DNA from: an uncultured Gemmatimonadales bacterium
Lineage (GTDB): Bacteria; Gemmatimonadota; Gemmatimonadetes; Longimicrobiales; Longimicrobiaceae
Assembly (NCBI GenBank): GCA_963716255.1
Contig: OY970303.1
Span: 224,001-288,000, forward strand
Length of the DNA: 64,000 bases
Reading direction: 5' to 3'
The position numbers were made by a program, and so were the translations under genes. The stretch's first letter is position 1. Each line of letters begins with the position of its first letter. Below the pieces are notes generated by a model. It did not search any database and was not told the origin of the DNA. It saw only the letters and a list, made by a program, of their open reading frames with translations. Of the stretch, positions 20,746-30,297 are shown one piece after another.

Positions 20746-20774
20746 AAGATATTGCGCGCCGCGAGATTGGTCAA
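20746..20774 (-). promoter_or_regulatory. Sigma-70-type promoter
   Basis: TTGACC-N17-TATCTT. Confidence 0.6.
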
Positions 20775-20813
20775 ACCTCGGATGGAGGCCCTGCGCCGGA
20801 TGCGATCTCCAGA

Positions 20814-21128
20814 TCAGCTGCCGCCTGTCATATCGAACAGGTCCGACCGTAACTCGCGTTTTCCGTGGAGAACTCGCGCGACCTCGACCGTTTCCCCGGC
20901 AAATCGGAAATAGACGACGTGCGGCGGAACTGGAAAGCTGCGAAGTCCCGGTTCGATCTCGTTCCGACGCTGACCTATGGTACCGGGCGTTTCCGCGATC
21001 AGCCGGAGCTTGTGAAGGATCCGGGAGATCGTGCGGCGCGCCGCGGCTTTCCCGGCGTTCACACGATAATACGTGGCGATCTCCGCCAGGTCTTGTCGCG
21101 CCGCGACGGCGAGCACATACCGCCTCAG
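20814..21128 (-). CDS. parE: RelE/ParE family toxin
   Basis: ARQDLAEIATY, G..RNEIEPGLRSFPV..HVVYFR..VEVARVLHG.R; start is CTG at 21128 or GTG at 21116. Confidence 0.88.
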   Translation of the reverse strand: MRRYVLAVAARQDLAEIATYYRVNAGKAAARRTISRILHKLRLIAETPGTIGQRRNEIEPGLRSFPVPPHVVYFRFAGETVEVARVLHGKRELRSDLFDMTGGS

Positions 21129-21385
21129 AGATCTTCGTCCCGCTCCAGAGACCTGAGGATCTCCGCGAATGCCTCTTCACCATCGACAGACTCCCCGCGA
21201 TCCAGCTGAGCGAGACCCAACCCGACCTCATACCGGAGTGCCGCCAGGCGGGCAGCCCGGTCCTCCTCCACGCGCTGCAGGAGCCGGACGCTCTCGCGGA
21301 CGACCTCGCTGGCCGAACGGTAGCTGCCGGCCTCGACCTTTTCGTTGATATAGCGCTCGAGCTCCGGCGTCAGCGAAACGTTCAT
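21125..21385 (-). CDS. parD: ParD family antitoxin
   Basis: MNVSLTPELERYI..KV..GSYRSASEVVRE. Confidence 0.92.
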   Translation of the reverse strand: MNVSLTPELERYINEKVEAGSYRSASEVVRESVRLLQRVEEDRAARLAALRYEVGLGLAQLDRGESVDGEEAFAEILRSLERDEDL

Positions 21386-21406
21386 CGCTTCTCTCCTGTG
21401 CGTGAC

Positions 21407-21448
21407 GGATTACCTTCCTACACTAATCCGGATAACAGGATTTGTCAA
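21407..21448 (-). promoter_or_regulatory. parDE promoter with putative operator
   Basis: TTGACA-N17-TAGTGT; inverted repeat GGATTA..TAATCC across the -10/+1 region. Confidence 0.6.
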
Positions 21449-21471
21449 AGCCTGACATCTGGATACGCCAG

Positions 21472-23952
21472 CTACAGCAGCGACACCGGGTCGCGGTCCA
21501 CGGCGACGCGCAGGTCCAGCTTTCCCCTGGGCACGTCGAAGCGCTCGTAGAAGAAGCGCGACACCTCGCCCAGCATCTTCGCGCTCTCGGAGCGGAGGAG
21601 CAGGTGCCAGCGCCAGCGGCCCCGGATGCGGTCGATGGGGCACGGCGCGGGGCCCACGATGGCCACGGAGTCCAGCCGGCGCGAGCGGAGCAGCCCGTCC
21701 AGCCACCCGGCCGCGCGTACCGCCGCCTCCTGCGTCCCGGCCTCATCCAGGCCGCTGACCACGATGTTCACCAGGCGGCAGTGCGGCGGGTACTGCGGCT
21801 CGCGGCGCGCGTCCAGCTCGCGGGCGGCGAAGCCGACGAAGTCGTGGTCGGTGGCGGCGGTGATGGCGTAGTGGTCGGGGAGCGCCGTCTGCACGAACAC
21901 CTCGCCGCCCCGGGGACCGCGCCCGGCGCGCCCCGCCACCTGGGTGATGAGCTGGAAGGTGCGCTCGGTGGCGCGGAAGTCGGGGAGGTTGATCCCCACG
22001 TCCGCGCTGATCACCCCCACCAGCGTCACGTTGGGAAAGTCCAGCCCCTTGGCGATCATCTGCGTGCCCAGCAGGATGTCCACCTCGCCGCGCTCCACCC
22101 TGCCCAGGATCTCGTGGTGCGCCCACTTTCCGGAGGTGGTGTCCACGTCCATGCGGGCCACGCGCGCGCTGGGGAACGCCTCGCCCACGGCGCGCTCCAC
22201 CTGCTCGGTGCCCACGCCGCGGAAGCTGAGGTCCTCCGAGCCGCATGCGGAGCAGCGCGAGGGCGCCGCCTCCTCGTGCAGGCAGTAGTGGCAGGTGAGC
22301 CGCGCCCGCCGCCGGTGGTAGGTGAGCGACACGTTGCACTCCGGGCAGTGCCACACCTGGCCGCACTCGCGGCACTGCACGAAGGTGGCGTAGCCGCGGC
22401 GGTTGAGGAGCAGGATGGTCTGCTCGCCCACCCTGAGGCGCTCGCCCACGGCGGCGGCGAGCGCGTCGGCGATGATGACCGGGGCCTTTTCCTGGAGCGG
22501 GCCGCGGGAGGCGGCCTGCTTCTTCCGCTCCACGCGCAGGTCCACCACGCGGATGGGGGGCATGGGCCGTCCGCCCACCCGGTCCGGCAGCTCCAGCAGG
22601 CGGAACTTGCCGGACTTCGCCGCGGCCCAGCTTTCCAGCGACGGCGTCGCGGAACCCAGCACGCACACGGCGCCCTCCGTCTGCGCGCGGACCACGGCCA
22701 CCTCGCGGGCATGGTAGCGCGGCGCCTCGCCCTGCTTGTACGACCCCTCGTGCTCCTCGTCCACCACGATCGCGCCCAGGTCGTCCAGCGGCGCGAACAC
22801 GGCGGAGCGCGCCCCCACCACGATGCGCTTTTCCCCGGCGCGCAGCGAGCGCCACTCGTCGTAGCGCTCGCCGTCGGAAAGGGCGGAGTGCAGCACGGCC
22901 ACCCGGTCGCCGAACACCGCCTTGAAGCGCCCCACCGTCTGCGGGGTCAGCGCGATCTCGGGGACCAGGACGATCGCGGTGCGCCCCTGCCGCTCCACCA
23001 CCTCGCGGAGGAGCTCGATGTACACCAGCGTCTTGCCGGAGCCGGTGACGCCGCGGAGCAGAAAGGTGCCGGGGCTCGCGGTGCGCGACGCCGCCGTCAG
23101 CGCCTCGATGGCCGCGGCCTGCTGGTCGGTCGGCCGGAACGACGTCGCCTCCGGGGACACGATGCTCGCGTACGGGTCGCGGGAGAACTCCTCCTCCTCC
23201 ACCACGGCCAATTCCTTCTCCACCAGCGCGTTGACGACCGGGTACGAGAAGCCCAGCGGCCCGGCGAGCTGCGCGGTCTCGGCCTTGCCGCCCATGCTCT
23301 CCACCAGCTCGAAGCACTCGCGCTGCCGCTTCGCCCGCCCGAAGACCCGCTCGCGCTCGGTGATGCTGGGGATCTCGGCGACCAGGCGGAGCACGCGCCG
23401 GGTGCGCACCGCCGGCTCGGCGCGCGGCGCCTCGGTGACCACGCGCACCGCCCCCGCCTCCTCCAGCCGCCGGATGGTGGGCCACCACACCCGGTCGCCG
23501 CACTCGCGCCGCAGCCGCGACACCGCCTGCGGTCCCTCCCTGCCCCGCAGCCAGGCGAGCACCCTGGCGTCCAGCTCCCCCGTCGGCTCGTACGGCCGCT
23601 CTTCCGGCGACTCGACGAGCTCCACGTAGTCGGTGGACGAGTCGCAGAGCGCGGCCGGGAGCGCGGTGCGCAGCACCTGCCCCAGCGGCGCCACGTAGTA
23701 GTCGCCGATCCAGCGCCCCAGCTTCAGCAGGCTGGGCGGTACCGACGGGACGGCGTCGAGAACCCCGTTGATGGGGAGGATGCGCCCCGCGGGCGGGGTC
23801 CCGGCCACCCGGTCGATCCACCCGATGCGCTCCTTGCGCCCGAAGGGCACGAGCACGCGCGCCCCCGGCACCGCCGCCCCGCGCATCCCCTCGGGGACGG
23901 CGTAGGTGAAGGTGTGGAGGACGGGGAGCGGGAGGGCGACTTCTACGAACAC
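21472..23952 (-). CDS. priA: Primosomal protein N'
   Basis: GVTGSGKT, LVPEIALTPQ, DEEH, GSATPS, NRRGY, CxxC zinc module, GTQMIAKGLDF. Confidence 0.97.
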   Translation of the reverse strand: MFVEVALPLPVLHTFTYAVPEGMRGAAVPGARVLVPFGRKERIGWIDRVAGTPPAGRILPINGVLDAVPSVPPSLLKLGRWIGDYYVAPLGQVLRTALPAALCDSSTDYVELVESPEERPYEPTGELDARVLAWLRGREGPQAVSRLRRECGDRVWWPTIRRLEEAGAVRVVTEAPRAEPAVRTRRVLRLVAEIPSITERERVFGRAKRQRECFELVESMGGKAETAQLAGPLGFSYPVVNALVEKELAVVEEEEFSRDPYASIVSPEATSFRPTDQQAAAIEALTAASRTASPGTFLLRGVTGSGKTLVYIELLREVVERQGRTAIVLVPEIALTPQTVGRFKAVFGDRVAVLHSALSDGERYDEWRSLRAGEKRIVVGARSAVFAPLDDLGAIVVDEEHEGSYKQGEAPRYHAREVAVVRAQTEGAVCVLGSATPSLESWAAAKSGKFRLLELPDRVGGRPMPPIRVVDLRVERKKQAASRGPLQEKAPVIIADALAAAVGERLRVGEQTILLLNRRGYATFVQCRECGQVWHCPECNVSLTYHRRRARLTCHYCLHEEAAPSRCSACGSEDLSFRGVGTEQVERAVGEAFPSARVARMDVDTTSGKWAHHEILGRVERGEVDILLGTQMIAKGLDFPNVTLVGVISADVGINLPDFRATERTFQLITQVAGRAGRGPRGGEVFVQTALPDHYAITAATDHDFVGFAARELDARREPQYPPHCRLVNIVVSGLDEAGTQEAAVRAAGWLDGLLRSRRLDSVAIVGPAPCPIDRIRGRWRWHLLLRSESAKMLGEVSRFFYERFDVPRGKLDLRVAVDRDPVSLL

Positions 23953-23978
23953 GTTTTAGAAGATGAACTTCGGGGTTC

Positions 23979-24106
23979 GGGCGTGCCCCCGGCTGCGCCG
24001 GGGTCGGGCTTCGGCTCCGTAAGGCAGCAAACAACGCTGCCTTACGGAGTCGAGCCCGCGCAAAAAGCCGCGCGGTCTCGACCCTTCGGGCCGTAATCCC
24101 TCACGC
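23979..24106 (+). repeat. Repeat family A copy 5
   Basis: Inner stem aggcagc/gctgcct. Confidence 0.95.
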
Positions 24107-24124
24107 GTGGGTGCGTCGGGTGGC

Positions 24125-25168
24125 TCAGGCTCCCTCGCGCCGGGTCACGCCCAGGCCGGGCGCGGCGTTGAAGCGGAGGCGGCCGTCGGGCTCCAGGCCG
24201 GGGCCGGAGAAGGGGTCGGCGGCGAGGAGGGCGGCGCCGTCCAGGTCCACGTAGTCCACAAGCGGGGCGAGCTGCACGGCGGCGGCGATGCCCAGGGTGG
24301 ATTCCACCATGCAGCCCAGCATGACGCGCATGTCGTGGGCGCGGGCGGCGTGCACGATGCGGACGGCCTCGCGCAGGCTGCCGCACTTGGCGAGCTTGAT
24401 GTTCACGCCGTCCACCACGCCCACCAGCCTGGCGACGTCGGCGGCGGTCTCGCACGACTCGTCGGCGATGACGGGGAGCGGGGAGCGCCGGCGCACCTCG
24501 CGCAGCCCCGCCAGGTCGTGCTTGGGGAGCGGCTGCTCCACGAACTCCACCCCGAACTCCGCCAGCATGGGCATGGCGGCGAGCGCCTGCCGGGCGGTCC
24601 AGCCGGTGTTGGCGTCCACGCGCAGCGTCTTATGGGGCGCCTCGTCGCGGATCATGCGCAGGATCTCCTCGTCGCGCGGCGAGCCCACCTTGATCTTGAG
24701 GATGGGGTACGACGCGGCCTCGCGGACCTTGTCCCGCATCACGTCCAACTCGTCGATGCCGATGGTGAAGGACGACAGCGGCGCGGCGGCGGGATCCAGC
24801 CCCCACAGCTTCCACACCGGCACCCCCAGCCGCTTCCCCACCAGGTCGTGCAGCGCGGCGGAGACCGCCGCCTTGGCGGCGGGGTTCCGCCCGATGGCGG
24901 CGGCGAGCGCCGCGTCGATGCGCTCCAGCGCGAACGGGTCGCCGTCGGCGGCGCACTCCAGCGCCGCGCCCAGGAGCGGGAGCACGGCCGTCACCGTGTC
25001 CGCGGTCTCGCCGTAGAACGGGGTCGCGGGGGCCTCGCCCCACCCCTCGAAGCCGTCGCCGTCGCGCAGGCGCACCCACACGTCGCGCCTTTCCGGCGGC
25101 GCCGCCTGCCGCGCGATGTGAAAGGCGTGGCGGGTGCGGAGGACGAGGACTTCGGCTTCCAGGCGCAT
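24125..25168 (-). CDS. Dipeptide epimerase (enolase superfamily)
   Basis: GWGEA, KIKVG, RVDANTGW, VEQP, ADES, NIKLAKCG, GCMVES, DLDG. Confidence 0.92.
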   Translation of the reverse strand: MRLEAEVLVLRTRHAFHIARQAAPPERRDVWVRLRDGDGFEGWGEAPATPFYGETADTVTAVLPLLGAALECAADGDPFALERIDAALAAAIGRNPAAKAAVSAALHDLVGKRLGVPVWKLWGLDPAAAPLSSFTIGIDELDVMRDKVREAASYPILKIKVGSPRDEEILRMIRDEAPHKTLRVDANTGWTARQALAAMPMLAEFGVEFVEQPLPKHDLAGLREVRRRSPLPVIADESCETAADVARLVGVVDGVNIKLAKCGSLREAVRIVHAARAHDMRVMLGCMVESTLGIAAAVQLAPLVDYVDLDGAALLAADPFSGPGLEPDGRLRFNAAPGLGVTRREGA

Positions 25169-25248
25169 GGGCGGTCAGCTCGCGGTGGACGGGACGATCC
25201 GGGCGCCCAAAGATGGCGGGGGTGTCAAGGGGAGGGCGGCGCCCGGGG

Positions 25249-26697
25249 CTACCGGGCGCGCGACCTCCGCGGCGAGCAGCCGACCGAGGCGGGGGGTGCC
25301 TCGCCGCGGCCGCCGTGCCAGCTGCGGCACTCGGGGAGGCTGTCCGCGGGGAGCAGGTCGACGTTCAGGTAGTCGGGGACGCGGTACGCCACCCGCTGCC
25401 CGGGCCGGTACCGCTTCCACGTGGCGGAGTCCACCCGGATCTGGACCCGCTCGCCAGCCCCGTTCACCACCGTGACCAAGATCCATTCCTTGCGGTCGTA
25501 GAGCCGGTAGCGGGTGCTGTCCCGGGGCGGGAGCGCGGGCCAGGCGGGCACCGCCGTCCGGCTGGTGGACACGACCGAGTCGGAGATGTGCCACCGCGGC
25601 ACCCGGTAGACGTACCAGTCGGCGTACACCGGCCGGTCCTCGTACACCGGCACCCGGTCGGTGACGGTCTCGTAGGAGGTCACCTCGCGCTCGCGCGCCC
25701 GGCGCTCGGTGCGGGTGGCGGTGCGGCTCTCGTACACGGGCCGGCTGCAGGTGACGTCCTCGAAGTACCCGTTCCCCAGGTCCCGCTGTCCGCAGGTGTA
25801 CGAGGCGCTCCCCGTCTGCACCCTCTCGGTGACCGGCGCCTCCACCTCGTCGTACCCGTCCTGCACCGTCGTCGTGGTGGGCACGCTGCGGGTGGACTCG
25901 CGGTAGCCGGTCTGCACCCGCTCCGTGTGGTGCACCTGCTTTTCCTTGCGCACCACCACGGCGCTCTCGGGAAGCGTCCAGTACGCCTCCTCCACGGTGT
26001 CGTGGCGCTCCATCCAGAGCGACCGTCTCCACTCCTTGTCCACGACCACCGCCGGGTGGATGCGGATGGCCTCCCGGTACCGCGCCACCTGCACGATGCC
26101 GACCCACACCGCGAGCAGGATGAGCGGTAGCGTGACCGCGTAGTCGCGCTTCCGCGCGCGCGCCAGCCCCAGCGGCCACGTGGGGGGACGCGGCGGCGCG
26201 GCGCCCCGGTCGGGCGGGACCTCGGCGACCGGGAGCGCCGCGATGGCCGCCTCGAGCCCGATCGGAGCGGACACGGTATCCGCGGCATCCGCGGCGTCGG
26301 GCGGAGTGGACGCGGCTTCCGCGGCGGCCGCCGGGAGGTCGGCGGCATCGGCCGGGAAAGGGGGCGTGGCGGCCACGGGGGCGCGGGGCTCCCCGGACGG
26401 GCCGGGCGGTGCGGGCTCCGGGGGCGCGGGGGTGGCGCCCGCGCGCGGGGCGCCGCAGCCGCCGCACTCCGTGAGGGAGGCGCGGCTGGTGCCGCCGCAC
26501 CGGGCGCACGCCCAGTCCGCCCCGGCGCGCGCTTCCGCCAGGCGCTCGGGATCGGCCATCACGGGCGCGTCGTCGCCCAGGTAGAAGCGGGTGCCCTCGG
26601 GACGCGGCCTGCCGCAGCCGGGGCAGTCCACGTGCCGGCCGGGAACGCCGGTGGAGCCGCAGCTGGTGCAGTCCCAGCGGCCTTCGCGAATGGCCAT
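25249..26697 (-). CDS. Membrane protein with N-terminal zinc ribbons
   Basis: WDCTSC..CPGCG and WACARC..CGGCG; one TM segment; beta-rich extracellular region. Confidence 0.75.
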   Translation of the reverse strand: MAIREGRWDCTSCGSTGVPGRHVDCPGCGRPRPEGTRFYLGDDAPVMADPERLAEARAGADWACARCGGTSRASLTECGGCGAPRAGATPAPPEPAPPGPSGEPRAPVAATPPFPADAADLPAAAAEAASTPPDAADAADTVSAPIGLEAAIAALPVAEVPPDRGAAPPRPPTWPLGLARARKRDYAVTLPLILLAVWVGIVQVARYREAIRIHPAVVVDKEWRRSLWMERHDTVEEAYWTLPESAVVVRKEKQVHHTERVQTGYRESTRSVPTTTTVQDGYDEVEAPVTERVQTGSASYTCGQRDLGNGYFEDVTCSRPVYESRTATRTERRAREREVTSYETVTDRVPVYEDRPVYADWYVYRVPRWHISDSVVSTSRTAVPAWPALPPRDSTRYRLYDRKEWILVTVVNGAGERVQIRVDSATWKRYRPGQRVAYRVPDYLNVDLLPADSLPECRSWHGGRGEAPPASVGCSPRRSRAR

Positions 26698-26730
26698 GGG
26701 CGGAGAGAAGGTGAAGGGTGGGAGGTGCAG

Positions 26731-26885
26731 TTTCCGCAGTATCCCCCAGAATCCGGTCGGGGGGAGACAGCCGGGCGGTTTCGGCTGGCTCACCCCGGCG
26801 GAGGGAAACCCGGGGGCGGTTTCCCGGGGTTCCCGGAGCCCGCGCAGGAGACGGACGGCTGTATCGTCCGGCTCCGGAGCGGTCC
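26731..26885 (-). repeat. Repeat family B copy 3 (units 2 and 3 swapped)
   Basis: Reverse complement aligns with 29740-29895. Confidence 0.9.
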
Positions 26886-26901
26886 GTACCCGCAGGAGAC
26901 C

Positions 26902-27564
26902 CTAATCCTCGAACCGAACGTGCACGAAGTCGTAGGCGGGCCAGGGACCGGTGGCGTCCAGCGACAGGTCCGGGCTGGCGCGGTCCAGCTCCTCCACCTT
27001 TTCCAGGAAGGCCCGCGTCCCCACCCGGTCCACCAGGAACGCGGCGCTGAACGACCCCGGCTCGCCGCGCGGAAAGGGGAGCGCGGCGTGCGAGGCCCTG
27101 CGCAGCTCGGCGTACGCGTGCGTCGCCAGGTCCAGCGCCAGCGCCTCGGGAAAGTCCCTGGCGTCGGGGACCATGTGCAGCCGGAACTCCCACCGCCCCT
27201 CCACGAACCCCAGCGCGTCCACCAGCGCGTCGTGCTGCTCGCGGAGGAAGCGCACCACGTCGCGCTCCTCCTCGAAGCCGATGCCGAAGGGCGCGGGGAC
27301 CACCGTTTCGCGCTGGAGCATGGCGTCCAGGCGGCGGTGGTGCGCCAGCACGTCGTCGTGGGCCACGGCGTCCACCCGCAGCAGCGCGGGGTACACCAGC
27401 GCGGCCAGGTCGCGGTAGCGGACCACCTCGGCCTCGTAGCGCGCCGCGGTGGTCCCCTCCCAGAGCCCGCCGCGCCGCCGGTCGCCGTGGGCGACCCCCA
27501 GCAGCCGGAGCCCCCGGGCCTCCGGGTCGACCGGCGCGCGCGGGGCCGACCTCCGGTCCGCCAT
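26902..27564 (-). CDS. GvpL/GvpF-family protein
   Basis: AHHRRL...TVVPAPFG..F, VEGRWEF, TGPWPAYDFV signature. Confidence 0.8.
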   Translation of the reverse strand: MADRRSAPRAPVDPEARGLRLLGVAHGDRRRGGLWEGTTAARYEAEVVRYRDLAALVYPALLRVDAVAHDDVLAHHRRLDAMLQRETVVPAPFGIGFEEERDVVRFLREQHDALVDALGFVEGRWEFRLHMVPDARDFPEALALDLATHAYAELRRASHAALPFPRGEPGSFSAAFLVDRVGTRAFLEKVEELDRASPDLSLDATGPWPAYDFVHVRFED

Positions 27565-28787
27565 CAGGCCGCCGGCTGCCCCGCGAGAAGGGCGTACACC
27601 TCCCGCTGCGGGCGCGGGGTGGTCACCTCCGGCCCGTCGGGCCCCATGAACACGTCCACCTCGGTGCGGAAGCCCACGTCGCCGGGAAAGTACAGCCCGG
27701 GCTCCACCGAGAAGCCGACGCCGGGGATGAGGAGGCGGGTGTCGCGGGTCTCCAGGTTGTCGATGTTGGGGCCGGAGCCGTGCAGCTCCCGGTCGATGGA
27801 GTGGCCGGTGCGATGGATGCACTGCTCGGCGTACCCGCCCGCGGCGATGACGTCGTGCGCCGCCTGGTCCACCTCCCAGCCGAACACCTCGTCCCCGGCC
27901 TCCCAGCGCTCGCGCAGGAGCGCCACGGCGGCCTCGCGGGCGTCGCGCGCCACGGCGAAGATGGCCGCCAGCCGCTCGGGCACCTCCTCGCCCACGTAGC
28001 CCATCCAGGTCTGGTCGGCGTAGACGGCGTCGGCCGCGGCCTCCTTGCCCCACAGGTCGATGAGCACCAGGTCGCCGCGGCGGATCTCGGCGTGGTCGTC
28101 GGCGCTGGGTCCGTAGTGCGGGTTGGCGGCGTTGCCGTTCACCGCCACGATGCTGTCCGCGCCCACGACGAGCCCGCGGCGCGCCAGCTCGCCCTGGATC
28201 CACTCGCGCACCTGCCACTCGGTGACGCGCTCGTCCGCCCCGATCGCGGCGGCGATGCGGCGGAAGGCGGCGTGCGCCGTCTCCTGCACCGCCACGGCGC
28301 CGCGGCGGTGGGCGGCCTCGCCCCCGGGGCTCCAGCGCGCGTAGAAGGTGCTCACCAGGTCGGCGGAGGTGACGGGCTCGACGCCGGTGGCGCGGATCAT
28401 CTCCAGCACCCCGGCGGGGACGCGGTCCACGTAGGGCACGGCGTCGCCCGGGCTGTATTCCAGCGCCACCCGGCCCACCCCGCGAAGCAGCTCGCCCAGG
28501 CCGGCCTCCAGCTCGCGCCAGGTGCTGTACGGACGGTTCTCGCCGATCCACCCGCGCCAGGGCTGCTGCTCGATGCGGTGCGTCATGGCGATGGGCCTGC
28601 CCTCCGCCGGCACCAGCACGAAGTAGCGCCGGGTCATGGCGGGGAGCCCCAGCATGTCGGAGGCGACGGGGTTGTTCCCGCGGAAGTTGTACAGCAGCCA
28701 GCCGTCCAGCCCGCGCTCCCGCAGCTCCTGCTGCACGTGAGCCACGGTGTCGGCGGTGAGCGATACGGTCTCTTCTACGACGGCCAT
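27564..28787 (-). CDS. M24 family (Xaa-Pro) aminopeptidase
   Basis: AANPHY, LIDLWGK, YADQTW, HRTGHS, FSVEPGLY, RTEVD. Confidence 0.92.
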   Translation of the reverse strand: MAVVEETVSLTADTVAHVQQELRERGLDGWLLYNFRGNNPVASDMLGLPAMTRRYFVLVPAEGRPIAMTHRIEQQPWRGWIGENRPYSTWRELEAGLGELLRGVGRVALEYSPGDAVPYVDRVPAGVLEMIRATGVEPVTSADLVSTFYARWSPGGEAAHRRGAVAVQETAHAAFRRIAAAIGADERVTEWQVREWIQGELARRGLVVGADSIVAVNGNAANPHYGPSADDHAEIRRGDLVLIDLWGKEAAADAVYADQTWMGYVGEEVPERLAAIFAVARDAREAAVALLRERWEAGDEVFGWEVDQAAHDVIAAGGYAEQCIHRTGHSIDRELHGSGPNIDNLETRDTRLLIPGVGFSVEPGLYFPGDVGFRTEVDVFMGPDGPEVTTPRPQREVYALLAGQPAA

Positions 28788-28825
28788 CGGGCGGTTCCGG
28801 TTGTGGGTCGTGTGGGGGCGGGCGG

Positions 28826-29665
28826 CTACCCCTGGGGGGCGGCGGGCCCGGCGTCGGGAATCCAGCGGGTGCCCTTGATGAGCGACAGCCCCAGGGCGCG
28901 CTCGCGCGTGAGCAGGTTGTGGACCTCGCGCTCGCGGACCAGGGCGCCACGCACCCCGCTCCACCCCCAGCGCCCCAGCGCGCGCCGCAGGATGCGCACC
29001 TTCTCGCGCAGGGTGAACATCTCCGCGAAGTCGTGGAAGGGCGCGGCCGGACGAAAGGGCGAGGGCGCGTCGGACCAGTCCTCCACCACAAGGTCCACCA
29101 CGCCCGCGTCGCGCAGCAGCTGCTTCCACTCCACCAGGATCATGGGCCGGGCGCCCACGTGCCGCACCAGGATGTCGCGGCGCCGGGGGTCCACGTTTCC
29201 CGTCCAGATCAGCTGCACCAGCACCACGGAGCCCAGCGGCCGGGTCACCCGCACCAGCTCGCGCACGGCGGCGCCGGGGTCCACGGAGGCGGCCAGCCCG
29301 ATCTCGCCGATGGTGACGTCGAAGATGGCGTCGCGGTACGGCAGGTCGTCCAGCGAGCCCGCCTGGAAGTTGACTCGCCCCTCCGTGCCCTGCCCGCGCG
29401 AGCGCTCGTCCGCCTCGCGGATCAGGCTCTCGTCCGGGTCCACGCCGGTGGCGTCCACGCCGTAGGTGGAGCTGAGGAAGAGCGTGGAAACGCCCCGTCC
29501 GCACGCCACGTCCAGCACCTCCTTGCCCGGCTCCAGCTCCACCAGGCGGGCGATCTGGCGGTACAGGTCCTCCCCTCCGGGCGGAAACACCGGCGCGGGG
29601 CTCAGACGCACCAGGTCGAGCATGGAGGGGCCGCCCGGCGTGTCGGTGGCGCGGAAGAGGGGCAT
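28826..29665 (-). CDS. Class I SAM-dependent methyltransferase
   Basis: VLDVACGRG, GVD, LPYRDAIFD, ELVRVTRPLG. Confidence 0.9.
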   Translation of the reverse strand: MPLFRATDTPGGPSMLDLVRLSPAPVFPPGGEDLYRQIARLVELEPGKEVLDVACGRGVSTLFLSSTYGVDATGVDPDESLIREADERSRGQGTEGRVNFQAGSLDDLPYRDAIFDVTIGEIGLAASVDPGAAVRELVRVTRPLGSVVLVQLIWTGNVDPRRRDILVRHVGARPMILVEWKQLLRDAGVVDLVVEDWSDAPSPFRPAAPFHDFAEMFTLREKVRILRRALGRWGWSGVRGALVREREVHNLLTRERALGLSLIKGTRWIPDAGPAAPQG

Positions 29666-29739
29666 GCGGGAAAGTATACCGGGAGCGATTTGGGCTCGCC
29701 AGTCGTTGTGCTCGGGGCGGGGCTGGAGGGTGGCTCGAC

Positions 29740-29895
29740 GGGCCGCTCCGGAGCCGGACGATACTGCCGTCCGTCTCCTGCGCGGGCTACGGGAACCCCG
29801 CCAAACGGCCGGCGGGTTTCCCTCCGCCGGGGTGAGCCAGCCGAAACCGCCCGGCTGTCTCCCCCCGAACAGACTGTGGGGGGTACTGCGGGAAC
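29740..29895 (+). repeat. Repeat family B copy 4 (family C follows at 29910-30030)
   Basis: Three core hairpins, one with compensatory gaacc/gtttc. Confidence 0.9.
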
Positions 29896-30297
29896 CGCAA
29901 CGGCGGGCGCCCTCCCCCGCAAGCGGGAGAGGGGGAGAACGACGTCGCGGACGGTGGGCTGGCATCCGCGGGAGGCCCCCACCCGGCTCGCTCAGGCTCG
30001 CCACCCTCCCCCAATTCTGGGGGAGGGCTTCCTGTCGGTGCGGGGTCCTTGCCGTTCTGCGATCTGCGCCGGGAGGTCGGGGGAGGGTCCGCAGGCGGTG
30101 CGTTTGTTCGAAGCCAGCGTGATCTCGCCCTCGCTCCAGCGGTCGGCGAGTGCTCTGCGAGTCCCTTCGGGTGTCGCTCCGCCGGAGGAGCCTCCCCCGG
30201 CCGACCCCAAACACGGAGCCAACCGGAGCACACGTAGTTCAGCCCGCCTCAGACTCGAGAGCGAGTCGCGAGCCTCCGGCGAGCCGGGTGGGAGCCG

